Assembly (NCBI GenBank): GCA_963786935.1
Contig: CAWBAN010000004.1
Span: 256,001 to 320,000, forward strand
DNA: 64,000 bases
From: an uncultured bacterium
GTDB taxonomy: Bacteria; Krumholzibacteriota; Krumholzibacteriia; Krumholzibacteriales; Krumholzibacteriaceae
Reading direction: 5' to 3'
Part shown: one piece after another, positions 27,588-35,409 of the stretch
Numbering within the stretch: the stretch's first letter is position 1
Layout: each line of letters begins with the position of its first letter
Program-made: the position numbers and the translations under genes
Notes under the pieces: model-generated
Seen by the model: only the letters and a program-made list of their open reading frames with translations
What the model was told of the DNA's origin: nothing
Databases searched by the model: none

Positions 27588-29255
27588 ATGGACGGCGAAA
27601 AGTTCAAGACGGCCGAGGAAATCTTCCGGGACATGCACCGCGAGCTGCGCTCCTGGAACGCCGAGATTCCCGAATCCGCCGAGCGGCTGGATCCGATTCT
27701 GCGGATCATGCTGCAGCTGTACGCGGGCCAGCTCGCCTCGATCGACCGGAAGATAACGGACACCTGGACGCACGCGTCCAACGCCCTGATCCGGTCGCTT
27801 TATCCCGAGAGCATGCGCTGGCCGGTACCCGCGTTTACGGTGATTCAGGCGGAGCCCTCCGATCCGGTCATTCACGTGGACCCCCAGTGCCGATTCTTCT
27901 ACAAGGAAGAGCGGGAAGGGGGACGGACCTTTTTCTTCTCGACGCTTCGAACCGAGAAGCTCCTGAGCGCGAAGCTGCGCAATCTCTACTACGTCGCGGG
28001 CGACGAAATCCGCGACATTTCCCCCGCTTCCGGGGAAGGGACGCGGGTGGCCGACCGGATAAGATCCGCCGTGCCCGCCGGCGGCGCGGCCGCCGTCTAC
28101 CTGGCGATCGAGCACGGCGGCCCGGCGGAGGATTTCGAGAACGCGCTGCTCTTCCTGCGGGGGAGCGCCGAGGCGCTCAAGCAGCTGCGGTGGTCGCGGT
28201 GGCTCCCGTGCGTCGACGGCCGGTTCTCCGAGGAAAGCGGATTCTGCCCGGGGCTCGCCGGCGCCATCGACGAGATGCTCGCGACCGGCGGCGCGGCCCT
28301 CGACTGGGGAGGCCTCAGGAGGAGCAGCGACATATTCAGGCCCCTCGAGAACAACCTCGTGATGATGCCGCGCGGATTCGTCACGCCGTGGCGGCGCGGG
28401 ACGCCCGACGCCGCGTTCATGAAGGCCCTCGGCGAGGCGGGCGCGGCGCTCCCCGAGTCGCCGGAAACGCTGTTCTGGATCCGCGCGCAGCTGCCGTCGC
28501 GCGGGGACCGGGCCGCGTTCCAGGCGCCGTTCCGGGCGGATTTCGACTGCTTCATCGCCGTCAACCGGCACGAGCAGACGCTGTTCAAGCACACGGGAGG
28601 CAACCGGCTCATCGAGATCGAGATCCCCGAGAATCCGGACAACGTTCTCGAGATCATCTCGGTCATGGATTCGAGCGGAAAAACCTACATTCCGCAGCAC
28701 GAAGCGCTCACGTCGGACGAGAGCAGGTTCTACAACATGATCGAGCAGGGGGGGCGCCTCTCGCTCTGGTTCGATTTCTCGTCGACCATCGAGCTCCCGC
28801 CCGACGCGATCACGGTCAACTACTCGGTGACGGCGGGGACGCTCGCCAACGGCATCTCCGCCGGCAAGATCACCGAGCTGTACCAGAGTCATCCCGGCGT
28901 CGCCTCGCTGCGGAACATCGTCCCCGTCGCCGGCGCCGTGCCGGCGAAGAACGAGCGGCAGATCGTCGCCGAGGTCTCGGCGCGCCTGCGCGGGCGCGAT
29001 CGCGCGATGTCGTTCGACCAGCTGATCGGCTGGGTGCGGACGTTCGACGGGCGGATCGCCGAGGCGAGCTGCGAAAAGGGCGTCATGAAGACGGACGGCG
29101 GCGTCAGGAAATGCGTGGTGGTGCGGGCGTTTGTCAAGGCGAAGGAATTCTATTCGGACGACGAGATCGAGCTCCTGCGCGTCCGTCTCGAATCGTTTCT
29201 CAAGGCGCGCGCGTCGATCAACAGCCAGTTCAAGGTGGAGATACTGAAATCGTGA
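27588..29255 (+). CDS. tssF: TssF baseplate wedge subunit
   Basis: N-terminal LDPILRIMLQ...LYPE...PVPAFTVIQAEP; C-terminal LRGRDRA; synteny E-F-G-K. Confidence 0.8.
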   Translation: MDGEKFKTAEEIFRDMHRELRSWNAEIPESAERLDPILRIMLQLYAGQLASIDRKITDTWTHASNALIRSLYPESMRWPVPAFTVIQAEPSDPVIHVDPQCRFFYKEEREGGRTFFFSTLRTEKLLSAKLRNLYYVAGDEIRDISPASGEGTRVADRIRSAVPAGGAAAVYLAIEHGGPAEDFENALLFLRGSAEALKQLRWSRWLPCVDGRFSEESGFCPGLAGAIDEMLATGGAALDWGGLRRSSDIFRPLENNLVMMPRGFVTPWRRGTPDAAFMKALGEAGAALPESPETLFWIRAQLPSRGDRAAFQAPFRADFDCFIAVNRHEQTLFKHTGGNRLIEIEIPENPDNVLEIISVMDSSGKTYIPQHEALTSDESRFYNMIEQGGRLSLWFDFSSTIELPPDAITVNYSVTAGTLANGISAGKITELYQSHPGVASLRNIVPVAGAVPAKNERQIVAEVSARLRGRDRAMSFDQLIGWVRTFDGRIAEASCEKGVMKTDGGVRKCVVVRAFVKAKEFYSDDEIELLRVRLESFLKARASINSQFKVEILKS

Positions 29256-30156
29256 TGAGCGGCGCGGAACGGATAATGCCCGATTTCACCGGCCGTCGGT
29301 ACCGGTTCCACTACCTGACGGCCATCAACCTCCTCGACGGAATGGGCGTGCCCCTCGTCGATATCCGCCTGCGGGCGGAAGGGGAGTACGAGAATTACCG
29401 CGGGGAGATCCGCTCGCAGGATCCCCGCCCGGAACGCCGATCCCGCCGGGAACGATCGTCACGCTCCACGTGGGATGCTTCAGCGCGGTCGATTTCTTCC
29501 CGTACCAGTTCTTTTACGGGCTCCAGGGGATCCGCGAGGGGGGCGACGCGTGGGAGACGGACGCGCGGTCGATCCTGGCGCCGTTCGACGCCGCGACGAT
29601 CCGCTACGCCGCCGCCATGCGGATGCAGGCGCTCCGCTACGATTTCGGCGTCGCGGACGCCGGCCACCGCGGGCGCTTCATGGAGCTGTTCGAATACCGG
29701 CCGGGGGAGGGGATCCGGGACGCCCGGCAGACGGCGTATCTCGCGGCGATCCTGCCGTCGCTCCACCTGTGGGGCGGGAATCCCGAGGCGGTGACGGTTG
29801 TATTGAAGAGGCTCTTCGGATATGATGTGCGGCTGAAGGAAAACGCGAAGACCGAGACGCCGATCCCCGACGAGCTCCGGTACCGGCTCGGATCGAAGGG
29901 GGCGCGGCTCGGATTCGATACGGTGATCGGCGCCTCGTTCGAGGAGCGCGACAGCGGATATGTCGTGGAGTTCGTCGGCGTGCCTCCCGGGAAGATCCGC
30001 GATCTGCTGCCCGGGGGACGCACGCGACGCGGCGCGGAGGCGTTCCTCGATTACTGCATGCCGGGCGATCTGGACCGCTCGATCGCCGTCACGGTCGGGA
30101 AGCGGGAGGCGCGGGAGAGCGCGCAACGGTATCTCGGGCTTTCGACGTACCTGTGA
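29255..30156 (+). pseudogene. tssG: TssG baseplate subunit with an N-terminal PASTA-like domain, split by a 1-nt frameshift near 29423-29430 (real or sequencing error)
   Basis: The frame from ATG 29255 reads ...GEIRSQDP, and the sequence continues in the 29470 frame as PGTPIPPGTIVTLHVG...DFFPYQFF...ILPSLHLWGGN...RLGFDTVIG...FLDYCMP. One extra base in GATCCCCGCCC joins the two frames. Confidence 0.75.
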
Positions 30157-30199
30157 AGCGGGCGTGCCGCGGGACGCATTGACACGGTGAGGTAAGACG

Positions 30200-31651
30200 A
30201 TGGATGGATTCAAGCTGCAATCGGTGAACTGGCGCGACGGAATGCTCCTGAGCATGGGGCACCTGCGCGCCCAGGAAAGCTACCTCGAAGAGCTCGTCCG
30301 CTGGCATGCCTTCGACGAAGGGGACCGGTACGGCCTCGTGCGGAAGGATCCGGCGCAGCCGCCGCTGCGGCTGAGCGCGACGGTGAGCGGGAACAGACTC
30401 CGGGTCGAGGTGAGCCGCTGCCAGGCGCTCCTCCCCTGCGGGATGGCGGTGGAGTTCGGCGGATCGACAAGCGAGGGTGGGGTGCTCAAGGCCGAAATGG
30501 ATGCTCCGGCGACCCGCGTCCCCGTGTTCCTCGGCGTCAATCCCGGGGAGAAGCGGCAGGTGGGGAACCCCGATCCGTCGGAAGAGGTGCCCCGGATTCC
30601 GTACGAGATACCGGCGTTCCGGATCGCCCTCGGCGAGCCGCCGAACCTTCCCGAGTCGATGTATCTCCCGATCGCCGTGCTCGCCGTGAGCGGTTCCGAT
30701 GTGGCCCCGGCGGCCGACTACTTCCCCCCCTGCATGAGCGTCAACGCCGACGAGCGGCTCTCCTCGATGGCGATCGATCACCGGAACCGCCTCGAGAACC
30801 TCCTCAAGCTCTCCATCAACGCCTATATCGCCGCCTCCTCGGACAAGGGGATCGAAGGCGCGTCGACGAAGCTCCAGAGCGCCTTCCGTGAGACGTCGCA
30901 CGATCTCGTGTATCATATGGCCGCGCATCTCGACGATTTCGTCGTCGGACGCGGCGCACCGCACCCGGCCGTGTACATGCTGCAGTTCAAGAAGCTGTTC
31001 CGCGTCGTCTCGGCGCTCCTTCACCTGCATCCGGGGCTCAAGGATTTCCTGAACGAGAAATTCTTCACGAAGGAGGGGGGCGCCGATATCGGCTCCTGGC
31101 TCTCGGCGATCGATTCCTTCCTCCTCTCCGCGTACGATCACCGGGACATCGCCGCTCAGATGCGCGCCGTCGATCGTATCCTCGGAACGATGCGCTCGCT
31201 CATGGCCTTCCTCTCGAAGACGAGTTCCGATCAGCTCGGCGAGCAGGCGGTGGCCACCGAGACGATCATGTACCGCGGGAAGACCTACCGGAACAGCGCG
31301 CTCGGCGCGAGCAAGCTCGAGGAGGTGGGCGAGCTGAACTTCCTCGTCATGAAGCTCGCCGAGCCGGGAGCGGTGAAGGACGCGGTGACCCTGATCAACA
31401 AAGATCTCTTCTCGGACGGCCAGTGGCGGAACATGCAGGTCCGCCTCGGCGTGAACGAGGCGCGCGGGCTCGGCGAGACCGACCCCGTCGAGGTCGACGT
31501 CACGAGCTACAGCAACAAGGTCGTGCTCCATCCGATGGACATGATGTCGTCGTCGTCGGTCAAGCAGGTGACCCTCATCTTCCGCGGCCTCCCCGATTCG
31601 AAGAAGCTGGCCGCGCTCGGCAAGACGGATCTCATTCTTTATATTTCGTGA
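30200..31651 (+). CDS. tssK: TssK baseplate-to-membrane-complex connector
   Basis: VNWRDGMLLSMGHL, RYGL, CQALLPCG, GNPDPSEEVPRIPY and YFPPCMSV. Confidence 0.85.
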   Translation: MDGFKLQSVNWRDGMLLSMGHLRAQESYLEELVRWHAFDEGDRYGLVRKDPAQPPLRLSATVSGNRLRVEVSRCQALLPCGMAVEFGGSTSEGGVLKAEMDAPATRVPVFLGVNPGEKRQVGNPDPSEEVPRIPYEIPAFRIALGEPPNLPESMYLPIAVLAVSGSDVAPAADYFPPCMSVNADERLSSMAIDHRNRLENLLKLSINAYIAASSDKGIEGASTKLQSAFRETSHDLVYHMAAHLDDFVVGRGAPHPAVYMLQFKKLFRVVSALLHLHPGLKDFLNEKFFTKEGGADIGSWLSAIDSFLLSAYDHRDIAAQMRAVDRILGTMRSLMAFLSKTSSDQLGEQAVATETIMYRGKTYRNSALGASKLEEVGELNFLVMKLAEPGAVKDAVTLINKDLFSDGQWRNMQVRLGVNEARGLGETDPVEVDVTSYSNKVVLHPMDMMSSSSVKQVTLIFRGLPDSKKLAALGKTDLILYIS

Positions 31652-31666
31652 TGGAGGGTGTGATCA

Positions 31667-32596
31667 ATGGGTGAGAGCATAACGTCATATATCGAGGATC
31701 TGTTCAGGTACCTCAATGCCTACGAGAGCGATTACGGATCCTTCCAGGCCGATGGATTCTTCCAGACGTACAACGGCATCGGCGCCGTGTTCCAGGCGCT
31801 CCGGGAGCAGCGCGACAAGGCGGTCGAGGTCGACCGCGTCTTCCTCGAGAAGATCAAGCAGCGGCCGCTCACGAGCTCCGATCTGCGGCAGCTGACCATC
31901 CAGGTCATCGTCTCGTTCTTCGAATCGGTCGCCGACACGGACGGCCGCTCGGGCAGCTCCTATATCTACTGCCGCGAGCTCAGGACCGTTCGGCAGGACG
32001 TCCCGTACTTCGAGACGGTTCTCGTGCCGCTCCTCGCCCGCGAGGGGAGCCTGAACGGCAATTTCGAGCTGAATCGTTTCTTCCTGCAGGAGATCGGGCG
32101 CTACATCAGGAAGTTCAGCAGGAGCTTCAGCGCCGACGTCAATTTCGAGGACTTCAAGGGAATGCCGGTGCATCAGAAGCTGCTGACGCTCTCGCTCCGG
32201 CGCTCCGAGCTCGGCGAAGACATCATCAACGACCGGGATTCGCTCGAGTTTCATATGCGCAACGTGGGCGTTTTCGAGAAGCTGCGGCAGGAGAGCCCGC
32301 TCGCGGAGCGCTATATCAAGGAGTGGAAGTACCTTGCCCGCGGGCCCGGTTTCTGGGACCGCGTGGGGCAGTTTTTCGGCCTCGTCGGAAGCAAACTCAA
32401 GGGCTCGTCGAGCTCCAACTACGTGAGCCTGTCGCTCCGGCAGCGTTATTCCGCGTATCTGTTCTACGGGCTGCTGATCGTCGTGTTCGTGTTTCTCGCC
32501 GTGTTCATCCCGCTGCAATGGAACAAGTACACGGAGCGGAGACTCGAGCGGTTCAAGGCCCATGTCGAAGAGACCGAACGGGCCATGGGCTCATAG
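31667..32596 (+). CDS. Hypothetical inner-membrane protein with TssL-like topology (helical cytoplasmic domain, single C-terminal TM)
   Basis: TM YLFYGLLIVVFVFLAVFIPLQW about 25 aa from the C-terminus; sits right after tssK, where tssL lies in T6SS-i. Confidence 0.6.
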   Translation: MGESITSYIEDLFRYLNAYESDYGSFQADGFFQTYNGIGAVFQALREQRDKAVEVDRVFLEKIKQRPLTSSDLRQLTIQVIVSFFESVADTDGRSGSSYIYCRELRTVRQDVPYFETVLVPLLAREGSLNGNFELNRFFLQEIGRYIRKFSRSFSADVNFEDFKGMPVHQKLLTLSLRRSELGEDIINDRDSLEFHMRNVGVFEKLRQESPLAERYIKEWKYLARGPGFWDRVGQFFGLVGSKLKGSSSSNYVSLSLRQRYSAYLFYGLLIVVFVFLAVFIPLQWNKYTERRLERFKAHVEETERAMGS

Positions 32597-32611
32597 GGGG
32601 ACGGGAGGGTC

Positions 32612-34822
32612 ATGAAGATAGCCAAGATATTCAAGCTCGGGCAGAAGGGCGCCAAGCGGGCCAAGAAGATGAAGGGAGGCGCCGCCCCGGCCGCCGCCTG
32701 GCCGGAGGGGACGAGGGTCGGCGTCTTCGGGCACGAGAACTCGGGGAAGACGGTGTTCTTCACCGCGCTCTACACGCAGAGCAAGACCACCGCGAATTTC
32801 CACGTGTCGGTGCGCGACAACGCGACGGCCAACGAGTTCTTCAGGAACGACATGGCCATCAAGGGGGTCGACGTCGACAGCGGCGGCACGGGAACGATCG
32901 CGGCCAAATCCGTTCCGAAGCGGTTCCCCGACCGGACCGTGAAGGATCTCGTGGTCCAGTTCACGGCCATTCTCGACGGGAGCGTCAAGATCCCGGTGGT
33001 CACCTACGATTACAACGGCCGGGCCGCTTCGATCTCCGATCGCTCGGACGAGGCGGAGAAGATCCGGTCCTTCATGGCGGACGCCGACGGGCTGCTCTTC
33101 TTCTTCGATCCGAAGGTCCTCGGCGCGGATCCCGAGGTCCAGGCGCGGGTCTCGTCGTTCGTCAACGTGCTCGAGCTTATCGTGTCGCTCAAATCGCGTC
33201 TCCCCATCCCCGTGGGGCTCGTGATCACCAAGGCCGATTCGCTTCCCGGCTTCACCGGCGAGGACAAGACGATCCTGATCCGGTCGAAGGACGAGCAGGT
33301 GATCGCCGACGACTACGAGACGTTCCTCGAGAAGGTGCTCGGCTTCGACAGCCTCGCCGACGACCGGGAGTGGGCCGCGTCGGTTCGGACCATCCTCGTG
33401 AAGCTCAGGGAGTTCATCCGCGTCGTCGTGGGGCGGACGCTCGACTTCCAGATCTTCTTCGTGTCGAGCACGGGGAACAAGCCGGAGAAAATCGGCGCCG
33501 AGGTCGGCCGGTCGCTCTACGCGCCGCCCGACAAGGTCAATCCGTGCGGCGTCACGGAGCCGTTCTACTGGATGCTCAAGTCGATCGTCCGGAGCCGGCG
33601 CCTGACCGCGTTCCGGAGGGTCGCGGGATTCGTCGTCGCGATCGCGGCGATCTGGATCGCGCTGTACTCGCTCCCGTTCATGATTCACTTCGGCGGCCTC
33701 CTGCGGTCCCCGGCGCGGGTGGAGAGCAAGGCGCTGAAGGAGGCCGGCGGCAATCACCGGCTCCTGTCGCCGGCGCAGAACGACGACATCTTCAACGCGT
33801 ACCGGCGGTACGGCGGCGCCTGGCTCGTCAAGCGGATGTTCCCCGAGTACCAGGTGCAGGCCCAGCACATGAAGGATATCTACGGCGGCATCGGCACGCC
33901 GACGGCCGGCGGGAGGCTGGACGCCATTCTCATCCAGCTCGCGGGTGTGATCGCCGACGAGAAATCGCGCCCCGTCTGGGACCGCGGCGACAAGAAGGTG
34001 AAGCTCGACGACGCCACCAAGCGGCTGCTCGACGAGCTCAAGGAGATGCACTCCGGCGACGAGAACGAGCCGTCGTTCAAGCGCTCCGAGCGGGCGCTGT
34101 TCCTGTGGGGTCTTTTCGAGCAGCACCTGCAGAGCTCGCAGGATCCGGCGATCCTGAACTCGATCTGGGAGCAGGTCGCCGCGAACGCGAAGAATCCGGA
34201 TTACAACGACGCGGAAGCGCGGTACGGGGAGGCGCTCCAGCGGCTCGCCAACAAGGCGGCTTCGGAGGAAGCTCCTTCCCTGCAGGAAACCAATACGATC
34301 CTCGATGCGTACGCGGAGCTCAAGGGGCGGGTCAACGCGAAGGACGCCGATCCCGCCTTCGTTCTCGGCGAGGCGGCGGACGAGCTTCGGAATATCGCGT
34401 CCAAGCTGACGAGGGGCGTCCACGCCGAGCAGCTCTCCGCGATCTCGCAGTTCGTCGCCGCCGTGGAGGCGCTGAAGAAGGAACAGCAGTACGTCTGCAT
34501 CGTGAAGAACATCGCCGGGCTCGATCACGTTCACATCGAAGTGACGAAACCGGGCGGAAGCCCCTCCTGGTCGGAGCAGACGCAGTGCTTCAAGGGGGAC
34601 GAAGTCGATCTGCGGTGGAAGCCGGGGGACGAAATCTACATCGCGTACGACGAGGAAAAGCACACGTGCAAATGGGGAAATCAGCCGAGCGACATGCAGG
34701 TGTTCGACGACGAATACGCGCTGTACCAGCTCGACGGAAAGGTGAGCTTCTCCAATATCGGAAAGACGGTGACGCTGGGCTTCAAGGGCGGTCTGCGGGA
34801 GAAGCTGCCGAAGCTGAAATGA
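32612..34822 (+). CDS. Membrane-anchored P-loop GTPase-like protein with TssM/IcmF-like architecture
   Basis: G1 GHENSGKT, G3 DYNG, G4 TKAD, G5-like VSSTG; single TM VAGFVVAIAAIWIALYSLPFMI; periplasmic helical region, then a beta-rich C-terminus. Confidence 0.68.
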   Translation: MKIAKIFKLGQKGAKRAKKMKGGAAPAAAWPEGTRVGVFGHENSGKTVFFTALYTQSKTTANFHVSVRDNATANEFFRNDMAIKGVDVDSGGTGTIAAKSVPKRFPDRTVKDLVVQFTAILDGSVKIPVVTYDYNGRAASISDRSDEAEKIRSFMADADGLLFFFDPKVLGADPEVQARVSSFVNVLELIVSLKSRLPIPVGLVITKADSLPGFTGEDKTILIRSKDEQVIADDYETFLEKVLGFDSLADDREWAASVRTILVKLREFIRVVVGRTLDFQIFFVSSTGNKPEKIGAEVGRSLYAPPDKVNPCGVTEPFYWMLKSIVRSRRLTAFRRVAGFVVAIAAIWIALYSLPFMIHFGGLLRSPARVESKALKEAGGNHRLLSPAQNDDIFNAYRRYGGAWLVKRMFPEYQVQAQHMKDIYGGIGTPTAGGRLDAILIQLAGVIADEKSRPVWDRGDKKVKLDDATKRLLDELKEMHSGDENEPSFKRSERALFLWGLFEQHLQSSQDPAILNSIWEQVAANAKNPDYNDAEARYGEALQRLANKAASEEAPSLQETNTILDAYAELKGRVNAKDADPAFVLGEAADELRNIASKLTRGVHAEQLSAISQFVAAVEALKKEQQYVCIVKNIAGLDHVHIEVTKPGGSPSWSEQTQCFKGDEVDLRWKPGDEIYIAYDEEKHTCKWGNQPSDMQVFDDEYALYQLDGKVSFSNIGKTVTLGFKGGLREKLPKLK

Positions 34823-34851
34823 ACGAACGGATCGGAGAAAGGAACGATGGT

Positions 34852-35361
34852 ATGAAAAGAGCGACGCTGTCCGTGCTCGCCGTCCTCGTCCTGGCCGCGC
34901 TGCCCGCGATCGCCTTCGCGGCGAAGGTGGCCGTGCCCGAGGGCACGCCGGTCAAGGTCATGTTCGACGCCGGGAAGAAGATCTCCTCGGGCGAGCGCAA
35001 GGCGGGAGACACGCTGTCGATTCGTCTGGTTGAAGACGTCAAGATCGGCGGAAAGACGATCGTCGGGGCCGGCGCGAAGGGAATCGCGAGGGTCAAGGAA
35101 GTGACGCCCTCTACGAAGCCCGGGAAGCCGGGCACCATAGAAGTCTCGTTCATTTCGCTGACGGCGGGCGGCGAGTTCCGGTCGAAGGACGGAAGCGACA
35201 TCAAGCTCGCCGGAGCGGCGAAGGACGTAGGCGGCTCGCACAAGATCCTTTCCTGGCTCTTCATCTTCGGATTGTTCATCAAGGGGGGGCAGGGGGATAT
35301 CGATGCGGCGCGGATCTACCAGGCTACGGTCGGAGAAACGATCGTTCTCGAGAGCAGATAG
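34852..35361 (+). CDS. Exported protein with VirB10/TrbI-like beta domain and hydrophobic insert
   Basis: Signal peptide MKRATLSVLAVLVLAALPAIAFA; VPEGTPVKV..ISS...KAGD...LVEDVKIGGKTIVGAGA...G.IEVSFISL..DGSDIKL; hydrophobic ILSWLFIFGLFI. Confidence 0.6.
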   Translation: MKRATLSVLAVLVLAALPAIAFAAKVAVPEGTPVKVMFDAGKKISSGERKAGDTLSIRLVEDVKIGGKTIVGAGAKGIARVKEVTPSTKPGKPGTIEVSFISLTAGGEFRSKDGSDIKLAGAAKDVGGSHKILSWLFIFGLFIKGGQGDIDAARIYQATVGETIVLESR

Positions 35362-35409
35362 CCGGGAGCCGGAGCCCGGGAGGATTCGCCCGCGGCATCC
35401 GCGCCGGTA

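Noticed and set aside
22967..31651. Prophage tail, tailocin or eCIS (Afp/PVC)
   Set aside because: The sheath is split into TssB and TssC, and ClpV, TssK and membrane proteins are present. I see no capsid, terminase, tape-measure or lysis genes.
32323..34851. 1012-aa ORF 32323-35361 as one protein
   Set aside because: The N-terminal part is Arg-rich off-frame text over the GTPase gene. Only 34852-35361 (RBS plus signal peptide) is credible.
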